A stretch of DNA of 64,000 bases. Origin: a virus. A program made the translations under genes and the position numbers. The DNA lies in the IMG/VR virus record IMGVR_UViG_3300023176_007894, positions 46,946 through 110,945 of that record, one strand, 5' to 3'. Of the stretch, positions 19,844 through 29,145 are shown in pieces (positions within the stretch are counted from its first letter, which is position 1; each line of letters starts with the position of its first letter). The notes below the pieces were generated by a model. The model saw only the letters and a program-made list of their open reading frames with translations. It made no database searches and was not told where the DNA came from.

Positions 19844-19869
19844 AAAAAAGCCGCCCGAAGGCGGCTTTT
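19844..19869 (-). terminator. Intrinsic terminator (possibly bidirectional)
   Basis: GCCGCC-TTCG-GGCGGC-TTTTTT on the minus strand, directly followed by GTGTA. Confidence 0.85.
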
Positions 19870-19891
19870 GTGTTTGGGGTTAGGCTTAAAT

Positions 19892-20131
19892 CTATCCCTT
19901 ATCAGAGCTAGGCTTTAAGAGCGCTACAAGCAGAAGGAGCGTAATGACCCCTGCAAGTGAAGCGCCTTCTCCAACGAACCCTAGTACGACATCCTGAAGG
20001 TTGCCGATGACGTTAATAGGAGCTCCTTCGCCAAAGACGACTTGAGCTACGACCAATAGGCCGATAATCGACAGGAGAACACTTGTGACTCCTCCTGCGT
20101 ACGTTTTAATCGTATCGATTGTATTTTTCAT
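19892..20131 (-). CDS. Small membrane protein
   Basis: 79 aa with two hydrophobic segments, co-transcribed with the porin-like gene. Confidence 0.65.
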   Translation of the reverse strand: MKNTIDTIKTYAGGVTSVLLSIIGLLVVAQVVFGEGAPINVIGNLQDVVLGFVGEGASLAGVITLLLLVALLKPSSDKG

Positions 20132-20135
20132 AAAT

Positions 20136-20792
20136 TTAGAAGTTTACAGAGATTCCAAGACCAATAACGTATTCTTCAGAAATGAGATCTGAGTCAACTC
20201 TTGTAAGGTCAAAAGAAGCTACTGCATTTTCAGAAATTTTTCTGGAAACACCAAGTCCTGTAGAATAGTATGTTTCGTTTTGAGAATTAGAGAGATCTGT
20301 ATTTCCTACAGAGCCTCCGATTGCCAAATCTCCAACACCTACATCAATAGAGTGGGATAGACCAAGCTCATAGGTATACAACGAATCTTCTAGATTGCGG
20401 AAGACGGATAATTTTGGCGATAGAAATGTGTTAATTTCAAAACTGATCTCTGCCTCCAATAAAGTATTACCCGGAACATCTTCCACGTGATTTAATCCAA
20501 GATAAGCTTTAAAAAGTTCATTAGCAAAGCTTTTAGAGGCTCCTCCTGCGATAATATACGAGTCAGATCCGCTGCTGGATACTGATTGATTTGTAAATGC
20601 TCCAACAGAATAGTTTAGACCCAGCACTTCTCCATTTACTCCAACCGAAGCCTGAATTGCTTCTTCTGAATTTAGGGCTCCTCGAAAAAAGTAGTCTGAG
20701 GCGTACCGAGTGCTTAGCGAATAATTTTCTGCCGAAGCGACGTTAATAAAAACTCCCAAAAGGGTAGTAAGGATTAGTTTTGTTGTCTTCAT
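20136..20792 (-). CDS. Outer-membrane beta-barrel, Gcw_chp/TorF-like putative porin
   Basis: Signal peptide, YASDYFFRG...AIQ N-terminal motif, amphipathic strands and terminal Phe. Confidence 0.72.
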   Translation of the reverse strand: MKTTKLILTTLLGVFINVASAENYSLSTRYASDYFFRGALNSEEAIQASVGVNGEVLGLNYSVGAFTNQSVSSSGSDSYIIAGGASKSFANELFKAYLGLNHVEDVPGNTLLEAEISFEINTFLSPKLSVFRNLEDSLYTYELGLSHSIDVGVGDLAIGGSVGNTDLSNSQNETYYSTGLGVSRKISENAVASFDLTRVDSDLISEEYVIGLGISVNF

Positions 20793-20808
20793 AAGATTTA
20801 AAAGTTAT

Positions 20809-20837
20809 ATTATACTAATTTGATAAGCAAATGTCAA
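20809..20837 (-). promoter_or_regulatory. Perfect-consensus sigma70 promoter
   Basis: TTGACA-17-TATAAT. Confidence 0.9.
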
Positions 20838-21220
20838 GAGATTTTTATTCTTGAGCTTGTTTTATCTTTAAGCTTTGGTATATTAATGGTCAATATACCG
20901 TCTTGCATTTTGGCGGAAATATTCTTTGCATCCATATTGCTTTCGAGCTTATACTTGTTTTTGAAGGGGTCGTCAAATATTTCTTGCTTGATATATTTTT
21001 TGCACTTTTTATTTTCAGGCTCATGGCAAATATGTAATACATTTTCTATTACATCTATCGTAATATCTTTCTTTGATAGACCGGGCGCTTCTATTTCAAT
21101 AGTGGTTGAGTTTTCGTCTTGAAAGATGTTGCAATTTTTTCGTGAGGTTTCAGGTTGATAATAAAAATTATCGAATATTGAATCGAATATTGAGTTATTG
21201 TTTTTAATGTAATATGACAT
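20834..21220 (-). CDS. Small heat-shock protein Hsp20
   Basis: IEAPGLSKKDITI...ISAKMQDGILTINIPK alpha-crystallin domain; SD AGGAG. Confidence 0.88.
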   Translation of the reverse strand: MSYYIKNNNSIFDSIFDNFYYQPETSRKNCNIFQDENSTTIEIEAPGLSKKDITIDVIENVLHICHEPENKKCKKYIKQEIFDDPFKNKYKLESNMDAKNISAKMQDGILTINIPKLKDKTSSRIKIS

Positions 21221-21307
21221 TTTGTCTCCTTGTGTTTTAGTTGTTTTAAAGTATTGTGTAAATATGTCTCAAAAATCACTTGATCTTTGAGCTTTCAATA
21301 CTATAGT

Positions 21308-21324
21308 TGCTATAACTGTGCCAA
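21308..21324 (-). promoter_or_regulatory. sigma54-type (-24/-12) promoter upstream of hsp20
   Basis: TTGGCACAGTTATAGCA matches YTGGCACGNNNNTTGCW with exact GG/GC spacing. Confidence 0.6.
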
Positions 21325-21984
21325 TTAATTTTTAAATAAAAACGGTCTCCACTCTTCTCGTTCCTTTTGAAAGGCGTGAAAAAAATGCCAAGGAGTGCAG
21401 GGTTTTAATTCTTCACCTTTGTAGTTTTTATATGGATATAATGCCGCTTTTTTTGAATTGCAGCTATGGCATGTTATTGTTACATTGAAACTATCTTTTG
21501 TTCCGCCCATGCTTTTGGGGTATATGTGTTCTATACTCATATCTTTTATCGTTTTCTTTTCTCCGCAAATCTGGCAGCGACCTTTATATCTATCATAAAG
21601 ATACCTTAGGTTCGGTTTTTCTTTTGTTTGGTAAACCCATTTTGCTGTAGTCAATAAAATTGTTGGTACTGGATATAGCCTGTTGCATGCATTTAGGAAT
21701 GGTTGAGACTCGTAATATGTTGAGCGATTTGGGTTTATCCATTCTTCCCATGTTAGAGGTTCACCACTTGCGCATAATACTTTCACTGTGTTAAGTTTAT
21801 CTTGGTTTGATCCACAGGATATTAATTTCCTTACTCCTTCTTTGGCCGTTGTTATATTTATGGGCGTCCAGAAGTGAGATAAAATTAAAACAATTCTATC
21901 CTTGCTACTGCAACAATATGAAGAAGAATTAATTATTTTTCTTTTTGTCGTGATGACCGCCTTTTGAGGAATTAGGCTTTTCAT
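21325..21984 (-). CDS. HNH endonuclease
   Basis: RCQICG...SIEHIYPKSMGG...NVTITCHSCNSKK. Start uncertain. Confidence 0.8.
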   Translation of the reverse strand: MKSLIPQKAVITTKRKIINSSSYCCSSKDRIVLILSHFWTPINITTAKEGVRKLISCGSNQDKLNTVKVLCASGEPLTWEEWINPNRSTYYESQPFLNACNRLYPVPTILLTTAKWVYQTKEKPNLRYLYDRYKGRCQICGEKKTIKDMSIEHIYPKSMGGTKDSFNVTITCHSCNSKKAALYPYKNYKGEELKPCTPWHFFHAFQKEREEWRPFLFKN

Positions 21985-23356
21985 GGGTATAGCCCATTTT
22001 CTTCATTGCAAGGTGATCTTCGTAGGTTTTGGCCATATAGGATTTTCCTGTCTTTGGATCATACATAGCATGGGGTTTGAATTTTTCATGCTCTGCAGAT
22101 TGAGCTTTTTTGATTGCGTCTTTTGATGGATAATCTTTATCTCCAGGCTTTGCTGGCTTATAATTTTTGCCCATGCGTTTCTTTTTGTCTTGAATGTTTT
22201 TCCAGAGACTAGAATAATTCTTTTTTTCTTTTGTTTCGGAGGCTAAGCTACCATACATAAGGTAATCGTATACAGCCTCAATAAAGTGTTCGGCTTTAGA
22301 TATTTTATCTTGCGCCCAGGCCATCAGGTTATAGTCTTCAGGCATTTCTGAAATTTTATTTCTTATAGCTTCTGATTGCATAGATATCTTTGCGAGTTGA
22401 CCTTCCGCCATACTTTTCTCGTGGTCTTCCTCTTGGGAGTTTTGTTCTGGCATATCATTTTCCATGTCGGAGTAGTCTTCGTCCATGTACGATCCTTTCG
22501 TATAGTCTGTAACTGATTTTTTGGACTCCCACATTTTGCAAGACCAATATCTCGCTTTCGTTTTTGGTCCGGGATTCGCGCAATTATGACGAGCCCTGAA
22601 GTTTTTTCGTCTATTTGGGTCATCCCTTTTGATCTCCATATTGGGATCTCCAAAATTTACTTTCACGACATTACCTTTTTCGTTTTTTACATAAACAGAA
22701 AATTTCTTCGGTCCTTTTGGGGTTCTAAAAGGCTTGTTTAGTTTTTTGCCTTTGTTCGATTCTGCCGCCCAAATTTCTTCGTCAATGATTTCCTCGAATC
22801 CTAGTTGGTCAACTTCGATAAAAATCGTACTCCACATTTCTTCGGTAAATTCAGGATCTTCTTCAAGCTTGTAATTATAGATATCTAATTTCGCTTCAAT
22901 CAAGTCCTCTTCCGTGAAGATATTTTCTTCGTCCCTCACTCCGTCATCTATTAATACGGCTGCAGACGCTTTAGCTACATCTTGATCTGCTTTTCGATAG
23001 CTGTCTTTCACTTTTCCTCCTCTAACCATTTTTAAAAACATGTTAACTCTCGCCATTGCCCATTGACCTCTAGTTTTTCCTGGGCGATGACTGGAAGAAA
23101 ATGCGCCTGCCCCCCTGCGATATACTTTCTTAAGCTGAGAAAGGGTGACTTTTTTGCTATATTTTTTGTTGTGCTCAGAAACCTTTGATTTTAAGGATTC
23201 TAAAACTTTATCTGAAAAAGTTATTTTGCTTCCCTTTTCTCCTGCGCTTCCAGGTTTGTTTTTGTCTGAACCTTTTTTTTGTTCGGATTTTTTTGCGGGT
23301 GTTTGCGCTGAACTTTTTGGCCCAGGACGTTTAGCTGAGTGAGATTCGTTTTCCAT
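21929..23356 (-). CDS. Multi-domain basic/acidic phage protein (possible internal head protein)
   Basis: Chain of small phage domains: LKKVYRRGAGAF..QWAMARVN, VKVNFGDP..FRARHNC..ARYWSC, MAEGQL..WAQDKI, FKPHAMYDPKTG. Confidence 0.6.
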   Translation of the reverse strand: MENESHSAKRPGPKSSAQTPAKKSEQKKGSDKNKPGSAGEKGSKITFSDKVLESLKSKVSEHNKKYSKKVTLSQLKKVYRRGAGAFSSSHRPGKTRGQWAMARVNMFLKMVRGGKVKDSYRKADQDVAKASAAVLIDDGVRDEENIFTEEDLIEAKLDIYNYKLEEDPEFTEEMWSTIFIEVDQLGFEEIIDEEIWAAESNKGKKLNKPFRTPKGPKKFSVYVKNEKGNVVKVNFGDPNMEIKRDDPNRRKNFRARHNCANPGPKTKARYWSCKMWESKKSVTDYTKGSYMDEDYSDMENDMPEQNSQEEDHEKSMAEGQLAKISMQSEAIRNKISEMPEDYNLMAWAQDKISKAEHFIEAVYDYLMYGSLASETKEKKNYSSLWKNIQDKKKRMGKNYKPAKPGDKDYPSKDAIKKAQSAEHEKFKPHAMYDPKTGKSYMAKTYEDHLAMKKMGYTHEKPNSSKGGHHDKKKNN

Positions 23357-23358
23357 GG

Positions 23359-24393
23359 TTATTTATTACACAATAAATTGTAATCATTTTCGTACATTTT
23401 TTTAACAAGACCCTTGAAGTCTGTTTTTCTCTTCCAGCCTAATTCTGATTCCGCCAAAGAGGGGTCTCCGCATAGTTTGTGAACTTCTGCAGGTCTGAAA
23501 AACTTGGGATCTACTTCAAAAATTAATTGGCCATCTTCAGTATAATATTTTTCATTTTCACATTCTCCGGATTTTTTATATTTGATTCCTGCAAAGAAAA
23601 GCGTTTGATCTAGGAATTCTCTAACTGTGTGCATTTCGCCGCTAGCAAGTACGTAGTTTTTTGGGGATGATTGATTAAGCATAAGCCAAACCCCTTCCAT
23701 GAAATCTTCTGCATCGCTCCAGTCTCTTTTCGCCTCTATGTTTCCCATTCTCAGGGGCTCAAATTCTTTATTTGATTCTAGGGAAATTTTTATTTTTGCA
23801 ATTGTGTGACTAATTTTTCTCGTAACAAAATCCAAACCTCTTCTGGTTCCTTCGTGGTTAAACAACCATCCTTGTACTGAGTAAAGGCCGTAAGACTCTC
23901 TGTAAACCCTTACTATGTGTCTTGCAGCACACTTTGCTGCTCCATAAGGGCTTTGAGGTCTTAACGGATGCTCTTCATTTTGAGGTGTGCAGATCACATC
24001 TCCAAATTCCTCACTACTTCCTGCATTGTAGAATCTACAATGAGGAGAAAATCTTCTAATTGATTCTAGGATATGTAATACCGAATTAGAGTCTGTTTCC
24101 CAAGTTTGTATGGGGTAGTTCCAGCTGCCAGCGACAAAAGATTGGGCAGCAAAGTTAATAAAATAATCAGGTTGTATATCTATTACTACATCACGCATAC
24201 TGTGAGCGTCATTTAAGTCCATGTCTATTAATTTAAATCTACTCTCATTTTCAAGATGCAAGATGTTTTCGTGGTTTTTCACGCTTAGTCTTCTTGCGGT
24301 TCCGTAGATTTTGTGTTCGGTATTTTTTAAGAGATAGTCTACCATGTGGCTACCGTCTTGTCCTGTTATTCCAGTTACTATAATTTTTTTCAT
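23359..24393 (-). CDS. gmd: GDP-mannose 4,6-dehydratase
   Basis: TGITGQDGS, AAQSFV, SSEEFG, SPYGAAK, LFNHEG, KRDW and FRPAEV. Confidence 0.93.
   Translation of the reverse strand: MKKIIVTGITGQDGSHMVDYLLKNTEHKIYGTARRLSVKNHENILHLENESRFKLIDMDLNDAHSMRDVVIDIQPDYFINFAAQSFVAGSWNYPIQTWETDSNSVLHILESIRRFSPHCRFYNAGSSEEFGDVICTPQNEEHPLRPQSPYGAAKCAARHIVRVYRESYGLYSVQGWLFNHEGTRRGLDFVTRKISHTIAKIKISLESNKEFEPLRMGNIEAKRDWSDAEDFMEGVWLMLNQSSPKNYVLASGEMHTVREFLDQTLFFAGIKYKKSGECENEKYYTEDGQLIFEVDPKFFRPAEVHKLCGDPSLAESELGWKRKTDFKGLVKKMYENDYNLLCNK
23367..23371 (-). promoter_or_regulatory. GTGTA putative late promoter
   Basis: 10 nt before ATG 23356. Confidence 0.6.
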
Positions 24394-24803
24394 TTTAATT
24401 TTAAAATACTATTTTCTGTTGCATCGGTCATTGGTTGAGGGAGGGATCCCTCGTTAATTTTGAAGTACCCCCATTCATCATGCTCTATTGCATCCTTTGC
24501 AGATAATGAGGGAAACATAAAGTCGTCGACTTCTGTTTGAAATACGATAAAATATTTATCTCCTTCAATTAAATATTCATCCAGAAAAGAAACTTCTCCT
24601 GTTATGTCTATAGCTGTTTCTTCTTCAAATTCTCTGATAGATGCAGCCTTCGGGTCTTCGTTTGGCTCAATCATTCCACAAGGCATAGACCAATACCCCG
24701 CTAAATTAGCTGCTACTCTGGATCTGCGGCCAAGAAGAACTAAGCCATTAAAAGTCATTAATAACCCTGCGGCAAAATAGTTTTTATGATTAAAGGAATT
24801 CAT
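24390..24803 (-). CDS. NUDIX hydrolase
   Basis: PCGMIEPNEDPKAASIREFEEETAI Nudix box. Confidence 0.82.
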   Translation of the reverse strand: MNSFNHKNYFAAGLLMTFNGLVLLGRRSRVAANLAGYWSMPCGMIEPNEDPKAASIREFEEETAIDITGEVSFLDEYLIEGDKYFIVFQTEVDDFMFPSLSAKDAIEHDEWGYFKINEGSLPQPMTDATENSILKLK

Positions 24804-25857
24804 TTATTTTGCTTTTATTTTCCCAGTGCGGGCATCCTTTATATTCCATTTTTACAATTTCTTCATTATCTTCTGCGCTTAATAAATGCTTCTCTTCAAT
24901 GAATGCTGTTTTTTTAATATTTTTTTCTTTATCTATTACGGCATAATATTCCATGGGTTTCCTGAATGGACATATAAATGCTTTTATTGGCTGGCCATTT
25001 TTATCTAGGACAGGTTCTCCTTTGGACATTTTAAATCCGTCTTTACCGCATGCAAGCGGACCGCCGAATGTGCCATCTTTTGGGAAATCTTGGTTTGCTG
25101 CAAAGTTTGATCTAGCACAATTGTCGTCGAATCCATCGATATATTTTTGAAATTCTGTCAATTGATACTCAAAACCTTCTAGTTCATCGTCTGAAATTTT
25201 GTCCATTTTTAAATACCCTTTTCCGGGATCTCCAAAAATATCTTTTTCCAGATCAAAGCGCAAGAATATAAATTCACTCTGAGGCTTACTTTCTGGCATT
25301 ATGTGCTTGGTTGCAAGGCAGTATATGAGGTTCTGTAAATTATCCGAAATCTCTTTTCCCTTGAAAACTGATTTACTGCTTTTGAAGTCTCTAATAATAA
25401 CGGAATTATCTTTGTATACGAACATTTTATCTATATAGCCCCTGATCGCATACCTCTTCTCGCCATCGTTAATTTCTAGGTCAAAAAACTTTTCAGATTC
25501 TGCTTCTACGGGGGCATCTTCAGAGTCTCCAAAAAAATCGTATCTCAATCCGTTGACAATCATTTCATCGATAAGCTCAAGATTTTCTTGATCGTTGACA
25601 TTTAGCTCTTCAGCTTCTTTTCTTACTTGTTCAGAAACAATTTTGGTATTCCAGATTGTTCCGTCTTTAACGATTTTGTTAAACTCCCTCTTGTGTTTAT
25701 CTCCAAGTAGCTCGAAAACATTGTGACATATAGTTCCCCTGCTAGCTCCATCATTTCGCGCTTCTGGAAGTTTTAGTTTATACTTGCACCAATAGGTCCA
25801 CGAGCATTGCTGTGCGGTTTTAATTCTGCTTGCGGAGAGCCTTGTGAGTTCAGTCAT
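24790..25857 (-). CDS. PD-(D/E)XK exonuclease (RecB/AddB/Cas4-like)
   Basis: LSASRI..CSW, GTICHNVFE, GYIDK, IRDFKSSK, Q..IY and C-terminal Cys cluster. Confidence 0.8.
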   Translation of the reverse strand: MTELTRLSASRIKTAQQCSWTYWCKYKLKLPEARNDGASRGTICHNVFELLGDKHKREFNKIVKDGTIWNTKIVSEQVRKEAEELNVNDQENLELIDEMIVNGLRYDFFGDSEDAPVEAESEKFFDLEINDGEKRYAIRGYIDKMFVYKDNSVIIRDFKSSKSVFKGKEISDNLQNLIYCLATKHIMPESKPQSEFIFLRFDLEKDIFGDPGKGYLKMDKISDDELEGFEYQLTEFQKYIDGFDDNCARSNFAANQDFPKDGTFGGPLACGKDGFKMSKGEPVLDKNGQPIKAFICPFRKPMEYYAVIDKEKNIKKTAFIEEKHLLSAEDNEEIVKMEYKGCPHWENKSKINEFL

Positions 25858-26884
25858 CGATTATAATTGATTTATTTTTTAATAAAGATTTTGGAATAGA
25901 CTTGATTGAGTCAAGAGTTGACAATATCCGAGACCTTTGGGCTTGTTGGTCGATAGATAGTAGTTTTTCATTCCATTTTTTAAAGTCGTTTTCATTCATA
26001 TCACCAAAATCATTTTTAATTGGAAGGCAGATATTAATTTTTTCTTTATCAAAGAAATTTAATAATTTTAAATAATTTTTTACGCTAGCCTCGAGGCCTT
26101 TATTTCTCGATGATTGGCTATCATTGTTTAATGATATTACTATATTACTTGGGTTGAAAGAAAGTGTTGAACATATTAATTTTGTACTTATTTCAAGACC
26201 AAAGGTAACTAAAACATTGAAATATCCAAATTGGTTTAACATCAATAAATCTCCTATACTTTCAACAAATATAACTTGGTCTTTTTCTTGAATTGCATTA
26301 GATGTCAAATCATTTACGTATAGTGGGTATATCCATGATTTCTTTCTTCCTATATGTTTCCATTTTGGCCTGCCTTCATAGCGAGACATATCCCTGCCGG
26401 AAAAGCCATAGATTTGTTTGTGTTCATTATAGACAGGAAATACAAATCGTTTGTTTAGTTTTCCATTTGTTGCGAATCCTCCTTTAAGGTTTTTAAGCAC
26501 TTCGTCAGAAATGCCCTTATCATTATAGAATTTATAATGAGGAAGCAATTTTTTAAGACAGTCCTCTGGGTATATTTCGTCCATTTCTAATTTTTGTTGA
26601 GATGTAATTTTTTGATACATTGAGCCCAAACTTTCTTCTTCGTCAATGTATTTTTTGATTTCATTTTTATCGTTTGTTCCGAGGGTAATTTCGACCAATC
26701 TTTTGAATGGTGAAAATTGACTATTCTCTACATGATCTTTCCATACTCCTGTATTTTTATATATTTGTATTGCTGTTTTGTTGTCGCCATTTCTAAAAAC
26801 AGCATTAGTCTGCCAATACTGGCCCCTGTCGAATAATTTATATCCGAGTCTGTCGAGACAGTCTTTTATTTTTTCTGGTGACAT
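25850..26884 (-). CDS. DnaG-like DNA primase (TOPRIM)
   Basis: RFVFPVY, YGFSGR, PKWK, FVESIGD and LNND; adjacent to DnaB. Confidence 0.8.
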   Translation of the reverse strand: MSPEKIKDCLDRLGYKLFDRGQYWQTNAVFRNGDNKTAIQIYKNTGVWKDHVENSQFSPFKRLVEITLGTNDKNEIKKYIDEEESLGSMYQKITSQQKLEMDEIYPEDCLKKLLPHYKFYNDKGISDEVLKNLKGGFATNGKLNKRFVFPVYNEHKQIYGFSGRDMSRYEGRPKWKHIGRKKSWIYPLYVNDLTSNAIQEKDQVIFVESIGDLLMLNQFGYFNVLVTFGLEISTKLICSTLSFNPSNIVISLNNDSQSSRNKGLEASVKNYLKLLNFFDKEKINICLPIKNDFGDMNENDFKKWNEKLLSIDQQAQRSRILSTLDSIKSIPKSLLKNKSIIIDD

Positions 26885-28398
26885 TATAAAGTAGGGGCTT
26901 CGTCTAGGAAGTCTGTGATTGCTTCGACTCCTTCCGAGTTAAGATGTTCGACCAGATCATTTAGGTCACCTTTTTCGTCGATGTTAAAATTTTCCATATG
27001 CAGGTTAATGTAATTTTTCCTTTTGCTTCCATCGGGCATTTCTACTGGTTGAATCGCTCTGTGAACATTTTCGCCCAGCCACCTGTATTTTAGGCATATC
27101 AGTTTATGCGTTCCAAAGCCTTCGGGCTCTGCCTGAATTTCATCCATGGTCTTTTGCCTTAGTAGGAAAAGGTGTGAACAAAATTGGGTTATTTGGTCTG
27201 ATAGCGATACGATACTTTCATCGTCAACTATGTTTTCAGATCTTCTGTTGTTTGTAATTCCTAATCGGTTACTCTGTACACTTGTAAGCATTGAGACGCA
27301 TGGGCCATCATTAAAGGAAAGTTCTTTCTGAATCAATTGTTTGAACCTATCTACCATTCGTCCCACAGCCTCCCACGAGCTTACTCCGTTTTGTTTTTCG
27401 TATGTCGTTTTAATATAATCGAAGCTAAAGATCATTTGGTTTCCTCGGCCCACTTCGGAGAAGTAGAACCTTCGGATAGTATTAACTAGATTTTCTACTG
27501 ATTGACCTGCGACGTTATAGTAATAAAATTTTAAGTTTTTAATTTTTAGCCAAGTGTCTCTTACTTTTTTTACCACCTCATCACCTGCTTGTCGCCACCT
27601 GCCTGTTTCCAAGAGATTCATGGGTACTCCTGAGAGTGCAGAGCACTGCCTGATTATCAATTCTTCTTTGCTCATTTCCCCATTATCAAAATGCAGTACG
27701 GGTACATTATTATTCATTGAGGATACTTTTGTGCAAAAATCCATGCAAAATTGCGTTTTACCAACTCCTGCTCTTGCTACAACAACGGTAATGTTTCCTG
27801 GCCTGAGGAGCGAGCCATACAATTCATTAACTCTTTGATGCGGCCCCATGAGCCCAAATTGAGAAATGGGATTATTTCCCCTCTCCTCGATAAATTCTTC
27901 CATTTGTTCGAAAAGGTTCTCCGGTTTTTCTGCTCCGCACTCATAGAAATTTATTTTATCATTGTAAATTTTATCGGCGGTAGATATAATTTCAGAAAAC
28001 GATTGAGTGTTGTTCGCTGACTGCATTGCTTTCGCTACCTCAAGGGATGCCTCATATATGTCTCTTCGGGCGGTAATTTTCTTTAGCTCTTTAGCTGCCT
28101 TAATAACCCCTTCTTGGGATATTTGTCTCATCGATAGTCCTTTAATGTAATCTGCGATGTTTATGTTGTCTTCAAAAGACATTCCTAAGGAATCAACCCT
28201 TTGACTAAGAATTATTTCATCTACAGATTCTCCATTTTCTAGAGACTGCCTTAAAACGCAATATATGGTTTTGTTGACTATAGAATTTTTCTCAAAAAAA
28301 TCTTTTTCCGAAACAAATGCAGCGATAAGAGGATAAGATTCTGGATACTTTATTAATCCCGCGAGGAGATGTTGCTCTAGTTCATATGAATATACCAT
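26884..28398 (-). CDS. dnaB: Replicative DNA helicase DnaB
   Basis: VARAGVGKT Walker A, GEMS, FDYI, VQSNR and an N-terminal DnaB domain. Confidence 0.88.
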   Translation of the reverse strand: MVYSYELEQHLLAGLIKYPESYPLIAAFVSEKDFFEKNSIVNKTIYCVLRQSLENGESVDEIILSQRVDSLGMSFEDNINIADYIKGLSMRQISQEGVIKAAKELKKITARRDIYEASLEVAKAMQSANNTQSFSEIISTADKIYNDKINFYECGAEKPENLFEQMEEFIEERGNNPISQFGLMGPHQRVNELYGSLLRPGNITVVVARAGVGKTQFCMDFCTKVSSMNNNVPVLHFDNGEMSKEELIIRQCSALSGVPMNLLETGRWRQAGDEVVKKVRDTWLKIKNLKFYYYNVAGQSVENLVNTIRRFYFSEVGRGNQMIFSFDYIKTTYEKQNGVSSWEAVGRMVDRFKQLIQKELSFNDGPCVSMLTSVQSNRLGITNNRRSENIVDDESIVSLSDQITQFCSHLFLLRQKTMDEIQAEPEGFGTHKLICLKYRWLGENVHRAIQPVEMPDGSKRKNYINLHMENFNIDEKGDLNDLVEHLNSEGVEAITDFLDEAPTL

Positions 28399-28404
28399 GA
28401 TTGC

Positions 28405-28433
28405 ATGGTATCATATATACCTTAATAAGTCAA
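28405..28433 (-). promoter_or_regulatory. sigma70 promoter of dnaB operon (leaderless)
   Basis: TTGACT-17-TACCAT with extended TG; ATG 6 nt downstream. Confidence 0.75.
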
Positions 28434-28438
28434 GAAGT

Positions 28439-28717
28439 TTATTCGTCTTCTTCTCCTAAATCCGATGGAAAGTCGAGTTTTAAATCGTGAGAGTCGGCTT
28501 GATCAAGATATTGCTCAAGAGCTTTACGCAAGCCCATTTCGATTATGCCGGAATTAGCTTTTGTAACAATCGAGGGGATACCTTCTTGATTAACGTATGC
28601 CAGTATAAACCCACTATCCCCGTCTGTTTTCCCAGTGCATTCAAAAATTTGAGTTAGTAGGTTTTCTGGCAAATTAAATTTTTCTAAATTTTCTGGGTCA
28701 ATTTCGTCGTCGTTCAT
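28439..28717 (-). CDS. Hypothetical acidic protein
   Basis: 92-aa ORF with GTGTA 9 nt upstream. Confidence 0.6.
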   Translation of the reverse strand: MNDDEIDPENLEKFNLPENLLTQIFECTGKTDGDSGFILAYVNQEGIPSIVTKANSGIIEMGLRKALEQYLDQADSHDLKLDFPSDLGEEDE

Positions 28718-28726
28718 AATTTATAT

Positions 28727-28731
28727 TACAC
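28727..28731 (-). promoter_or_regulatory. GTGTA putative late promoter
   Basis: 9 nt before ATG 28717. Confidence 0.6.
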
Positions 28732-28734
28732 AAA

Positions 28735-29145
28735 TTAAATATTCGATGCAAGATTATCAAAAAATGATTCTGAAGTCATGTCTTTTTGATAGATCTCGAT
28801 TAAGTTGATTTCGTTGATTTCACAGAATTTTAATTTCTCTTGATCTCTTCTTAACTGATTGATATAATTTATTTTGTTGGATCCGTGAAAATGAGGGACA
28901 TATCTATTATGCTGTTCTCCTTGAACTTCTATTGCTATTTTTTTATTTGCATTATAAAAATCTAGAGATAGTTTTGTTCCTGCAACAGGAAATTCTTCAA
29001 AGACAATTTGGTTTTTCCAGTATTGTTCTAGGAAAGTTTTAACTCTTCTTTGAAGCTTGCTGCGGCTTGGCCCAGACCAATTAATTAAATATTTTTTTGG
29101 CTTTACTATTCTGCGTATTCGACCTGTAAGGGTTTTAAATTGCAT
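28735..29145 (-). CDS. DUF559/Vsr-like PD-(D/E)XK endonuclease
   Basis: EEFPV..LSLDFY..IAIEVQGEQH..RDQEK..CEINEINLIEI. Confidence 0.72.
   Translation of the reverse strand: MQFKTLTGRIRRIVKPKKYLINWSGPSRSKLQRRVKTFLEQYWKNQIVFEEFPVAGTKLSLDFYNANKKIAIEVQGEQHNRYVPHFHGSNKINYINQLRRDQEKLKFCEINEINLIEIYQKDMTSESFFDNLASNI

Noticed and set aside
13545-20792. Host chromosomal contamination or prophage boundary
   Set aside because: Same AT-rich composition, tight gene packing and GTGTA motifs as the phage genes, and flanked by phage genes on both sides. Read-level confirmation is still advisable.
21256-21290. Plus-strand GTGTA followed by ATG in the hsp20 leader
   Set aside because: The spacer is only 3 nt and the ORF is 8 codons. 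It could be an antisense promoter, but chance occurrence cannot be excluded.
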